Position numbers and translations under genes: made by a program. The notes under the pieces were generated by a model. The model searched no databases, had not been told where the DNA came from, and worked only from the letters and a program-made list of their open reading frames with translations. A DNA stretch of 64,000 nucleotides. It comes from Gracilinanus agilis. Its lineage: Eukaryota. Positions 51,947-63,535 of the stretch are shown here, one piece after another (within the stretch, counting starts at the first letter, position 1; each line of letters begins with the position of its first letter). The stretch is taken from assembly GCF_016433145.1 (NCBI RefSeq), contig NC_058132.1, positions 490,964,049 through 491,028,048 on the forward strand. The letters are read 5' to 3'.

Positions 51947-53242
51947 GTGAAGCATGAATGGGACCCAGCTAAAGTGAAATAATATGAATATAATGGATCA
52001 AAACAGCTTTGTTCCATGATTCTTTCTAATAATACTTAATACCATGTGAGTAGAATTAGATTAGGAGAGTTCCCCTGGAAAGGTTCAGGGTTGATGGTGA
52101 GGGAATCTGTATTGATCATTGAAATAGGGTTCAGACTTTGGTAGAGAGACAAATGAGGTCAAAATTATCTCCCAAAATAAATAGAGAATTGAATAATTAT
52201 ATCTTATAGCGAGGATACTATTCCAAATTTGGACTCCTTTTATACACTATTCTCTTCTGCAATATCACTAAAAACATGTGTATTGAGAATATGTACATAA
52301 CATAAACTTTTTCTATTTTATTGAATTTTGATGAATCATTTAATTTTAAGTATTTAGAAAAATGCATACCTTCACTTTTCCAGAAAGTCTGTAATTTCTG
52401 AACCCTTCATTAAAAAGTTATGTGTTACTCATTTATAATTGCAGTAAGCTACAAATACTAATTTTGTGGAAAGAGATGATTCGTTTTGCTTTTCTATTTA
52501 AGCTTCCTCTTATTCAGAGTAATATTAATGTCATCCCACATCCTACAAACCAATAGCTATCATATTGGTCCAGGATTTTCATTTTTATCTGTGAGTTTCT
52601 TTTCAACTTCATCCTTTGTCCTCACCTTGTAATCATTATGTTTTGCCCAGTACTTTTGAACAATTATTGGATATAATTGTTACATTTAATATTTGAAAAG
52701 ATGATGATGGTTTTTCAAGCCCACTAACTGGTTTAGCACTCCAAAATAGATAATATAAACCTAGAACTGTAAGAATAAGGTTAGAGTTGGAAGGAACTTT
52801 AAAGATAATCTACTCCCCCAAATCCTCAATTTAAAGAAAATCCGGATCTAGAAAAGTTGGGTGACTTGTTCAAAGTCATCTAGTTGATAAGTAGCAAAGC
52901 AGGAACCCAAACACAAGCCCTCTGATCCCAAATCTAGTGTTCTGTCCACTAGTTATTATTAATAATCTTAAATTAATTACTTGAAAATTGATAATTATTA
53001 TTAATTAATAATAGCTAACATTTTAATAATGCTTTATGGTTTATAAAATGCTTTACATACATTATCTTATTTTATCCTCACAACAGTTCTGTGAGGTAGA
53101 TTCTATTGTTGTCCCCACTTTGTAGATAAATAAACTGAAGCTAAGAGAAGTCAAAGGTCTTGCCCAGAACATTTAAAGTTAGAAAGTGTCTGAGGAAGGA
53201 TTTGACCTCAGATCTTCCCAACTTTAGATCCAGAAACAACAC

Positions 53243-53570
53243 AAGGACACTCTAAAGGTCCCTCTGAAGAACTTTGGTATCAATTGAGAGACATGAAAGA
53301 TACTGGCACAGGACCATCCAGAATGGTATGTCCCCATTAAAGAAGGGGACAAAGCAGAATTTCAGTAGCTCAAAAAAAATAATCCATGAGATGAGCAAAT
53401 TTAGAGACATCTCCATCCCAAATGTTCATATGGGCTATTTGTGATCAGTGGTAGAGTCTTGTGAACTCATATTAATCTTCTCAGCCATAGACAGACACTA
53501 TATGTTGACCCTGAAAGAGTAATGTCATTTTGGTCCTCTTCATGTATTGAAGGACAGTAACAACCAACCA
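53243..53570 (+). mobile_element. RTE LINE 3' end (RTE_Mdo/RTE-1_MD-like)
   Basis: ggacactctaaaggtc...actggcacaggacc...gatgtcattttggtcctcttc-like 3'UTR, ending aacaaccaacc. Confidence 0.75.
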
Positions 53571-53639
53571 GTACCAAATAGCCAAGATGTTAAGAAATGA
53601 TCTTTCAGAAGTAAATAAGGTGTCTCAGACGGATGGTTG

Positions 53640-53960
53640 GTTTACTGGTCTCTTTTTAAAGATTTCCAGATATGAAAACTGTATCATTCCCTTAAAAAGC
53701 TGTTCCAGAAGTTAGTGACTGACAATAAAAGCATTCTTCCTTATGCCCACCAGAATCTCTCCTGTTTTCATTTAAGCCCATTTTCTCTTGTGGAGTACTC
53801 AGCAGACATCAAACACAATTGCTCTGTCTTATTCATTAAAAAAATTTCACATAATTAAAAACAGTAACTAAGTCACCCCTTGATATTAATTCTCTAGGAT
53901 AAACAAGTTCCTATTCCTTTAACCTTTCCTCCTAAGACCTGTTTTCCATCCTTTTGATCA
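53640..53960 (-). mobile_element. CR1/L3 3' fragment
   Basis: ttcttccttatgccca...atctctcctgttttcatttaagcccatt...gataaacaagttcc. Confidence 0.55.
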
Positions 53961-55499
53961 CAGGAATTGCTCTTCCTTTGTCTATTTCTTCACTTCTTTT
54001 TTTAAAAGCAATGGCCAAAAATGCTGACACTTATTTCTAAACAAGCACAAAATAAAATGGATATTTCCCTATACATAGTAGAATAGAAAGAGGATTGACC
54101 ACACATGAAATGATAGACACTCATAAAAAAACAGTAAGAGATCTGGCCATGTGATACAGAATTACTGAACAGAAAATACTTGTCCCTAATAGGTAATTAG
54201 GGGATTGAAGTATTCCAGAGTTAAGAAGGACAAAGCACATGAGCTATTTCTTCAAATATGTGTGTGCCCCAAAAGCTTGGCCAGAAGCCCCTGTCTTCTA
54301 ATGAGTTAACAGGTATAGAGATGGGTAACTCTTTTGCTGCCATATACTTTTTCATGAGAGGAAGAAATTGTAGTTGTCTTATCTTTACTTCATCTCTGAG
54401 CTTTAGCAGGACAGCAGAAAATCTCAGATCATCACATTTTCTGGCAGAGGGACTTAGATATTAGAGAAAAGGTCCAGCAAAAGTAGGTTGAAGCTCAATA
54501 AAAACAAATGCAAAGGAATAAGTTTAAGGATGCAAAAAGGAATTACAGAGATGCAAGTGGCCTTCTTACTGCATAGCCATAGTGGATCATAAGTGATTTG
54601 CTCAAAGTCCCTAAGTTCAGTAGATAGAACTGACGGCCAAACAAGGATTCCAACCCATTAGTCTGTACAAAGAATCCATCTATTGTGCTTGTCTTGCTCT
54701 ATATTGCCTAGTGTCCGGTACGCTGTACTTTAATGCACCTGACATCGCCTGACTTTTAGGTAGTTCATTCCCTAAGCTCTTTGGAAGGCCAGACCTGTGT
54801 ACTGTTGCATCATTAAATGAAGTTAACACCACATTTTTCATTCCATAAAGTTCTGAACAGTCTCCATCTGGAAGGCATTAAGCGCATGTCTATTTGCAGA
54901 TGTGTTAACCCTCATTTTAATTGCTGTACAAGACTCAATTGCTGAGCAAGATCTTCTTGTGATTCTATCATAGAGGAGGCTTTACCATTTCCTGAATGAA
55001 GAATTTACTTAATTGGGGGTTATATCTGCATAACTCTTTTCCCTCCTACTTTGAATCAAAGCTGTGTCTCTATATCATGTGATACTAGAAGTAAAAATGA
55101 AGTGCTTAGGGGAAAGATTTGTTTTTTGAAGTTTCTGTTTAGACTTTTTCAAAATAAATATTCTTAGGGCTGTTACAGATAGGACTACAGGATCATAGAT
55201 TTCAGAGATGGAATAGACCTTTCATTTTACAGATGAGGAAACTGAGGTGAGAGATGTTAAGCGACTTAGCAAAATGTAAACATAAATGACAGAGTGGGGA
55301 TTGAATTGGGTTTTATCTGCATAAATCCTTTCCCTTCCACTTGAATCAAAGCTGTGTCTATATCATGTGATATCTGAAGAATGAAAATAAAATGCTTGAG
55401 AGAAAGACTTGTTTTTTCATTCAAGTATCTCTAAATACATCCAAATCCGAACTTATTCATTGAATGCCACATTCTAGGATAAAATGATGAAAATAAAAT

Positions 55500-56080
55500 G
55501 ATGAAAAACCATAACTGTAGCATTTTTCCTCTTTAAATATAATTTTGGTTTTTTTTCTCATTAGCAAAAATCTATTTTCTCTTCTTTCTGCTTTTTCTCT
55601 ACTATTGAAAAAAAAGGAAACTAAAACCCTTATAGCAAATATGCAGAGTCAAGGAAAATGATTTCCCGTATTGGCCAAGTCCAAAAACATATCTCAATCT
55701 GTATTCTCATTTCATCTGTCAGATTATCTCTGTCAGATTAGTGGAATGCTTATCTCCTGCCCTTTAGAATCATGGTTGGTAATTATGTAGACCAAAGTTC
55801 TTAAATCTTTCAAAGCTGTTTATTTTCACAGTGTTGCTGTATAAATTTCATTCTGCATCAATTCATATAAATCTTCCTAGGTTTCTCTAAACCTGTTCTT
55901 CCCATCATTTCTTACCTACCAATCACATAAATAATTTTTTATTTTCCCATCATTTCCCATTTGATGGGTACTCCCTTAGTTTCTAGTTCTCTGCCACCAC
56001 AAAAAGAGTTGTTATATATATTTTATACATATGGGTCTTTTTCCTCTTTCTTTTATGTCTTTGATGTTATAGGCCTAGTC
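55500..56080 (-). mobile_element. Old marsupial L1 3' end
   Basis: gtttctagttctctgccaccacaaaaagagttgttata and tttcattctgcatcaattcatataaatc. Confidence 0.7.
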
Positions 56081-57429
56081 ACTGGAGAAATATGCTTTTT
56101 AAATTGTTTTAGTTTTAGACTTTTAATTGTCAAAGTAGATGTTTTCAGGACTTTTGAGGATAGTACCACAGGTCCATAGATTTAGAGGCAGAATAGATCC
56201 TTATCATCAATTCCAACTCCCTCATTTTACAAATGAAGAAACTGAGACCTAATTTATTAAGCAACTTGTCCATGTTATATGGCAAAGCAGGAATTTAAAC
56301 ACATGTTCTCTTACTCCAAAACCAGCTTTATTTCCACTTTATCATGTTTCCTTCCTTCTCCCTATTTTGCTTTTCTGTAGTAGACACAATAAGTACAGCA
56401 ATGATTTATTCTTCCCATTAATTGCATTTCAACCATTGTCTTCCCCTCTCAGCATTGAAGGGGATTTGCATCCAACTAAATCAGCAAGCAGCCCTGCCTC
56501 CTGCTACAGTGGGCACTCAGTAGACAATTAATAAATACTGTTGACTGAGAGACTGACTTCCTAGCTAGGGAAGACTCCCTAGAGAACATGAGACTTTAGG
56601 AGATATTCCGTGGAAAAGAAAGGAAAGAGAGAACTGGAGAATTGTAAAAATTTAGAATTATTGAAGTCGATTGAATGGGAGAGCAGAAGGAGCCAAAAGT
56701 GAACTTGTTCCAGGTAATTGTTTGTATTGTGATAGGAGGCATCATTTCTAGAGAAATATTTGTGCAATAAGAGCAGACGGAAACCTCTGCAGCTTGGTAC
56801 GTCTGTCACTGAAAGCACTGCAGATATTAATATCAGGTATGCATTCTTTAGTCCAAATCCCTGGAAGTAAAAAGTCCCCAACACAGATAGTGTGTCCTGC
56901 CTTTTCCTTGGCTATTAGCATAGACTTAGCATAGCATATCTCTTTTATTATGTTTTTTTCAGTATCTCTTCTTAACCCACATGCCATTCTCCTGGTAACA
57001 CATTCCCAGAACACATAATACATTTCCTTTTTTCTAATGTCTCTTTTTCCCTTAGGGAAAAAAAAGTATTTGACTTCACGGTCCTCTTAGAATCTACCCT
57101 TATTGGCATAATTGTTATATATGCCATGATGTCTTTGGTATGAAAAAGAGCCTACCCCCCAACTCTTAGGAACTCATAAGAATAATATAAATAATACATA
57201 ATAATAATTTGAATTTATATAGTACTATATGAATAATATACATAATATATACTATAATAATAACTAGCATTTATATAGTATTTTAAGTTTTGCAAAGCAC
57301 TTTTATAAATGTCTCATTTTAGCTTCACACTAAATCTGGGAGATAGAAGCAATCACTATCCCCTTTTTATATATGTGGAAACTGAGACAAGTATTAAGTA
57401 ACTTGTATGGGGTCATACAGCTAGTATTT

Positions 57430-57650
57430 TTTTAATTGTAAATTTATTTGTTTGTTACCTTAAAATTCCCAGATAACTCCCTCCCTCCCCTCCTCACACT
57501 AATGAAGGCATCATTTGCCAAAAAAAAAATGTGTATATATAAAATTATATTTTGCTTATTTCTATTTATCAGTTCTTTCTCTGGAGGTAGACATACACAA
57601 GTCATTAATATTCCCTTGGTTTTGCCCAATTCACTCTTCATAATTTCATC
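57430..57650 (-). mobile_element. L1 3'UTR fragment inserted into a SINE
   Basis: atcagttctttctctggaggtagac; SINE halves lie at about 57250-57425 and 57660-57740. Confidence 0.65.
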
Positions 57651-57739
57651 TAGGCCTTTCCGTGTCTGAGGTCAGATTCAAACCCAGGTTCTCCCAACTC
57701 CAGGTCTGGCTCTCTATCCACTGAGCCATCTAGCTGTCC

Positions 57740-58830
57740 CTCTATATTTTTTTAAATTAATTTGCTCATCATTTCAACTATTAAGTGTCTTGAATTCAAA
57801 CTTGAACATGTCTTCCTACCTAATTATGAATATGGTCAGAGAATTTTTCTTTCCCACTAAATCTACTTTTTCTCTAAACATTCCTTTTTTATTAAGGCTA
57901 GCACCTTCTTTCCAGTACACCAGGTTCATAGCTTTATTTGTTTGTTTATTTATTTATTTTGGTTCATAGCTTTAAATTACTCTTCAGTCTACTTTTTTTC
58001 TCTATATCCAGTCCATTGTCAAGTTGTATCCACTGTCATTATATCTTATTATCTGTCCACACTTACACAATCACATCCTAGGTCAGGCTCTCATCAGCTC
58101 TCAGCTGGACTATTGCCACAGCCTCCTAATTGGTCTTCCTGCCTTTAGTCCTTATTTTCTCTAGTGTCTCCTTCATATAGTTGCCCAAACAATATTCCCA
58201 AAGCACAAACTTGGATCACTTGATCAAGGATCTTTAGTAGCTCTCTATTATTTCTAAATTAAAATGTAAATTCCTCTACCTGACATAGAAAGTTCTTTAC
58301 AAACTGATTTCCAACCTACTTTTCCAGACTAATTTTATCTGACCCCACCTTAATGCACTTTACATTCCAGCCAAATGGGCCTGCTTGCTATCCCTGAACA
58401 CACCATTCCATTTCCTGTTCCCATGCCCAAAGGCTTAGTGCTTAGAACAGCTCCTCCCTTCTTAGAATCCCTATCTCCTTTCATAGTTCAACTTATATGT
58501 CATCTCATATAAGAAGCTTTTCCTAAGCTTCCCTTTCTGTTTTGGTGTTTTCTTCCATCCCAAATTATCTTATATTCACTTACTTATTTATTATTGTTAC
58601 CCCCCAAGAGAATGAAAGACCTTTGAGAACAGAAACTTTTTCATTTTGTATTTCTGTCTTCAGAACTGAACCAAGGATTTTGCCATAATAGAGACTTAAT
58701 AAATGCTTATTGAATTGTTTTAAATTCTCCACTAGTCTGGAAGCTCCATAGGGGATGCTTTTTTGTATTTTCCACAGTGCCATGTGCAAAGTTAGATGCT
58801 CAGTAAACAATAGGTAAATGCTAGGAGCCT
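57740..58830 (+). mobile_element. L2 LINE 3' region
   Basis: ctggactattgccacagcctcctaattggtcttcctgcc...ttacattccagccaaa...gacttaataaatgcttattgaattg. Confidence 0.75.
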
Positions 58831-58933
58831 CTGGAGTTTCGTAGGGATCTGCCTTTGTGCAGAAAAAATCTTGTAGGTACATTCTGATTTTAAAATTGTT
58901 ATGAGTAGAACAAACTAAGGATACCCTTTAGAA

Positions 58934-59118
58934 CAAGGTTTATTAACCTGGGGTCACTAAACTTGTTTTTTAAGAGTATTTTGATAACTATATTTCAATA
59001 GCATTTATTTCTTTTGTAATCCTACATATTTGATTTTAGGTATTTAAAAAAATTATTTTGATAAAAGGATCTGTTATCATCATCAGATTGCCAAAAGTGC
59101 CAAGATGAAAAACCCCTA
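58934..59118. mobile_element. hAT-Charlie MITE (Charlie4-like) about 108 bp upstream of the NPAS2 acceptor
   Basis: ttaacctggggtca...ttttgataactatatttcaata...ttgtaatcctac...aaaaaccccta. Confidence 0.7.
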
Positions 59119-59226
59119 CTCTAAAGTTATAGGGTAAAGTAGCACTAAAGAGACTTAAACCAACACCAGAATTATGTTTAAGAAAGTTGTAAAAGCAATT
59201 TGTTAACTCTGTACTCTTTTCCTTAG

Positions 59227-59280
59227 GAAAAACTGTGTAGAAAATCTAATGGATGAAGATGAGAAGGACAGAGCAAAGAG
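59227..59280 (+). other. NPAS2: NPAS2 exon (54 bp: 22 nt 5'UTR + 32 nt CDS), equivalent to human exon 2
   Basis: Acceptor ctctgtactctttttccttAG ends at 59226, with candidate branch site TTAAC at 59203-59207 and donor GTAAGA at 59281. The 22+32 nt layout matches human NPAS2 exon 2 as I recall it. Confidence 0.92.
59249..59280 (+). CDS. NPAS2: NPAS2 first coding segment ([11 protein letters not shown], codon 11 split by a phase-2 intron)
   Basis: ATGGATGAAGATGAGAAGGACAGAGCAAAGAG translates to [11 protein letters not shown], the known NPAS2 N-terminus ([22 protein letters not shown], basic region of the bHLH). It is followed by the donor GTAAGA at 59281. Confidence 0.95.
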
Positions 59281-59537
59281 GTAAGAGCTATTCTTAACCT
59301 ACATTTGTATTCTTATTGCCAGATTTTTGCCTTTCCTTACTATTATTTTTTCTTCTGAAGATTTGCTAGGATGTCTGTTTTTAATCTGACGCTAATATCT
59401 CAGGGTCTCCATTTTCTAATAGTTTCATCCTTGAGATTGTGTCTTCTGAGTAGACTTAGCATGCCAAATTGCTTCCTATGGCTGCATATTTCTCTTCAGT
59501 TCATTATAGGTCTTGAGACCTTTAAAAATGGTTATAA

Positions 59538-59730
59538 GGGACAGTTGGGTGGCTCATTGGATAGATAACCAGGCCTGAGACAGGAGGTCCTAGGTTCAAA
59601 TCTGGCCACAGACACTGCCAGCTCTGTAACTCTGGATAAATCACTTAACTCCAATTGCCTAGACCTTACACTTCTGCCTTAGAACCGATACTCAGTATTG
59701 ATTCTAAGACAGAAGATAAGAGTTTAAAGA
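59538..59730 (+). mobile_element. SINE1_Mdo-type SINE
   Basis: ggtggctcattggatag...ggaggtcctaggttcaaatctggcc...cagtattgattctaagacagaag. Confidence 0.88.
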
Positions 59731-59989
59731 ATAATAATCATTAAAATTAATGTAATAGGTAAGTTCTAATGATGTGGATAGACACTTACTCCCTGGATTT
59801 CTATGGATATGTCACTTAACCTACCTAAACCTCAATTTCCTCATCTATAAAATGAGGGGGTTAGACTAGTTAATCACTAAGTCCACTTCCAGCTCCAAAT
59901 CAATGGTTCTAATTCAACCAAAGCTCCTTCCCATTTTCCATAGGCAGTAGTATTTTGATCCAACTGCTTGGTTTGTAATTTATAAAAAA

Positions 59990-61660
59990 AATTAAGAGAT
60001 AATGAAACTATGTTAATAACTAGCCTACCAACATCAGATGTGTTGATGTGAGTCTCCTTTTCCATGAGGCTCCCTGGTTGCCTCACCCATGGGACCACAA
60101 CATAGGCAAAGTTGTCCAAACTCTGAGAGAAAAAAGTCATTTCTTCTCCATCCCACTTGAAATACATTTCCAAACAGTAGAGAGAGTAGATGGTGAGGAA
60201 GCAGATATACTGAACATACATAGACAGTTTTTTGAAGAAGTTTAGCAACGAAGGAAGGAAAAGAGGTGGGAAAGTAGCTGAATAGAATAGACAGAATCAA
60301 GAGAAGGCAATTTTAGGATTAGGGAGGCAGACTGGAGTATGTTTGTGAAGGAGCCATTGGAAAGGGAGTCAATGATAATGATGATAATGATGTTAGCTAA
60401 TATTTATGTAATACTTTCTGTGGGCTGAGAATGTGCTACTACAGGAATGTGAGACTACAAAGTGAAGATCTCATTTGAGCTTCACTGTAACCCTGGAAGT
60501 TATGTGCTATTTTTAGCCCCATTTTACAGATAAGGAAACTGAGGCAAATAGAGGTTAAGTGATTTGCCCGAAGTCACACAGCTAATAAGTGGATGAGGAT
60601 GGATTTGAACTCAGGTCTTCCTAACTCCAGACCCAGCTTTCTATACACTTTACCACTTAGATATTAATACACATGAGAAAGAATGGGGATGACTACTGCA
60701 AGGAGGATGGAGGTAAGAATGGAATGGAATATTAGGATTAACCTTAGTCAGGAAAAGAAATGTCTCTTCTGTAGCCAGAAAAAGGAAGAGGGAGTATATA
60801 AAGTTGCTGAGAAGTTTTGAAAAATGGAGATGGTGAGGTGTTGAGCAAATTCACATTGGAGAACATTAATCTTAGTGAAATAGGAGAACAAGAATATTTT
60901 GTTTGGGGCTTTTTTCATGCAAGTGGGAATATTTATTGCCTTTGGCCAGGAGCAAGCTTCCATTCCAGCCCCTTCCCTCAGAGTTAGGTCCTTTTCCAAT
61001 TCAGGAAATTGTGTGGTAGGTACCTCCCTTGGTTGAAGATTTGGCCAATTCCACATTAAGAGTGAAATGTATGTGTGTGGTGGGGGAGCAGATTACAAAT
61101 GGTAGTGGAGAGAAGAAAAGCAATCACAACAGGGAAACTGATAAGGAGTCACCTAAGAGAATTGTTGAGGATCAGTGAAAGCTCAGCTGAGCCTTACATG
61201 TGATAAATTTATAGAGAGTAAAATCAACTTGATTTTTGTCACTTTTCTCCAGTTATGCTCAACAGTCTGAGAAGTTTTATAGAGATACTGAAGACTGGGG
61301 GTTAGTCAGAATGAAGGTTAGCAGATAAAGAATAATGGAAGGTCAGGGGAACAAGGGATTCTGGGGTAATGATTTGTGAAACAAAAAGTGGCAGATCCTG
61401 GGCTGAGCATAGAGACAAATGAAGTCAGACATGGGGAGATAGAATGGGATGGATAGGGGTAGAGTAAAGCCCCCAGGGGGGGTCATATCAAAGGAAAAAA
61501 TGTGATTGAGAGACAGGACTGGAGGCTATGATTGTGGGATGGAATGTTCAGGCTCCTAGAAAGAGTACTCCAGAAGAAAGTGAAGTCTCTGGTATGGTTA
61601 TTCTGCTGGTTGGTGACTGAAGCAGGGCAGAAGTAAATGGAAGACATATTCTGTATTTAT
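59990..61660 (-). mobile_element. L2 LINE, fragmented antisense copy (MIR at about 60370-60660 inside)
   Basis: tttttgaagaagtttagcaacgaaggaagg, gaaaaatggagatggtgagg and gagaattgttgaggatcagtgaaag. Confidence 0.65.
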
Positions 61661-61974
61661 GCTAATCACCATTAAGGCCATAGGCTGGAAGGATAGGGAG
61701 ACTACAAAAGAAATAAAAGATAGGATCACTCTCAAGTTACTGCCATTTAAGATAGTGGAACAAACTAATCCATACATGAAGTACTTAGATTAGATATCCC
61801 TATAAGATACTTTAAGATTCAGGGATATAATAAGTGAGGAACCAGTCAACAGGAATTCTTCCTGGCCAAAGAAAGCAAGCTTATATGTGGAAACATGTCA
61901 AATTGTAAAATAAATTTATCACTTACACAACTGATGGAAATATTGAGTATTTCACCTTCACTAGAATAGATTCT

Positions 61975-62215
61975 TCTTGTTGTTCAGTCATTTTATTTGT
62001 ATCCAGCTCTTTCCTGACCCCATTTGGGTTTGTGGTGTTTTTTTTTTTTTTCCAGCAAAGATACTGGAGTGGTTTGCCATTTCCTTCTCTCGTTCACTTT
62101 ACAGATGAGGAAACTGAAGCAAATGGAGTTAAGTGACTTGCCCAGGGTCACAATGCTAATGCCTGAGGCCAAATTTGAAGTCAGTTTCAGCACTTTATCC
62201 CCTGTGCCCCCAACT
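61975..62215 (-). mobile_element. Mar1 SINE
   Basis: ttgttgttcagtca...gcaaagatactggagtggtttgccatttccttctc. Confidence 0.85.
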
Positions 62216-62613
62216 ACCTAAAACAATGATTAGCCCATAGTTAAAATTAATTAGTATTCCTTTTCATATCAACTGGAAAACTGTGATTCCACAAACCCCT
62301 CAGGTGATAATGTATAGAGTGAGGTCTAGGACTTCATAATTTGTGGTTCATTTCTCTAGAAAGCGTCCTTGAGAGCCCAGGATGATTCCTGTACTCTCTA
62401 GCTGAGTAGATGCCAATTCTTACACATAATGTAGTTGTTAGCTTTCACTGTCTATAAAAAGACTCAGGTGGGAGGGAGGAGTGGAAACAATTCAGACAAG
62501 AAATCTTTCAAGGCAAGTAGAAACTGAACATACTCAACAAGAGTCGAAATAGGAGTTTGAGAAAGAAGGTCCTAAGTTATTAAGAATATGAGGGTTTGAC
62601 TCTGTTTCCTTGA

Positions 62614-62800
62614 TTTTTTAAACCTTTACCTTCCATCTTGGAAATAATACTATGTGTTGCTTCCAAGGAAGAAGAGAAGTAAAAGCTGGGCAATGAGGGT
62701 TAAGTGACTTGCCCAGAGTTACATAAGTAGGAAGTGTCTGAGGGCAGATTTGAACCCAGAACTTCCCCTCTCTAGACTTAGCTCTCAAATTATACTAAGC
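62614..62800 (-). mobile_element. SINE1_Mdo-type SINE
   Basis: ttttaaacctttaccttccatcttggaa...gggcaatgagggttaagtgacttgccc. Confidence 0.85.
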
Positions 62801-63284
62801 AAACAGTCTTTTTACTGAGGTGTCATAGTGGACTAATGATATGCCATAGATTTAGAATTGGAAGCCACCTCAGAGGCCAAATTTCCATTGTTCAGAGCCC
62901 AATTTCTTCATTGATGATGAAGGAACCAAGACCCAAGGAGACTTAAAGGTCACATAGGTATTACGTATTGGCAACAGGATTTGATCCAAAATCCCCTTCG
63001 AATGATTGCTTTTTCCACTATACCACACTATTTACTGTGACATCAAGGAGGTACAGTTGAGAGATGGACTTAGTGTCGGGAAGTCTTGAATTCAAATTTG
63101 GCCTCAGCTGCTGTGTGACCTTGACAAGTCACTTAATTTCTCTCAGCCTTGGTCTCCCTATCTGTAAAGTGGGGATTATAATAGCACCTCCTTCTCAGAT
63201 TCCTGGGATGATAATGAGATAATATGCATAAAGAACTTTGCAAACCTTAAGGATCTATATAAATGTCAGGTGTTAATTAGCTGT

Positions 63285-63535
63285 TTTTGTTGTTGTTCAG
63301 TCTTTTTCAGTCATGTCCAATGCTTAGTGACCCAATTTGGGGTTTTCTTGGCAAAGATACTGAAGTGGTTTGCCATTTCCTTCTCCAGCTCATTTTATAG
63401 ATAAGGAAAGTGAAGCAAACAGAATGAAGTGACTTGCCGAGACTCCCACAATCAGTAAGTGAGTGAGGCCAGATTCGAACTCAGTCTTTCTGATTAGAGG
63501 CCTGAAACTATCTACTGCATGATGTAACTGCTCTT
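63285..63535 (-). mobile_element. Mar1 SINE (abuts a MIR at about 63040-63280)
   Basis: tcagtcatgtccaa...ggggttttcttggcaaagatactgaagtggtttgccatttccttctccagctc. Confidence 0.87.

Larger units (their letters stand above)
1..59226 (+). other. NPAS2: Probable NPAS2 intron 1 (3' part); upstream exon and promoter lie outside the window
   Basis: A strong acceptor precedes the ATG exon, and no CpG island or other credible exon is seen upstream. Mammalian NPAS2 has a very long first intron. Hidden alternative non-coding exons cannot be excluded. Confidence 0.7.

Noticed and set aside
56750-56900. Faint RTE-like remnant (IPW*KVPNTD)
   Set aside because: Similarity is too short and degenerate to call without an HMM search.
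60404-60411. D-box-like TTATGTAA (also TTACATAA near 7985, 36093 and 62719)
   Set aside because: An AT-rich 8-mer expected several times by chance; most copies lie in SINE or low-complexity sequence.
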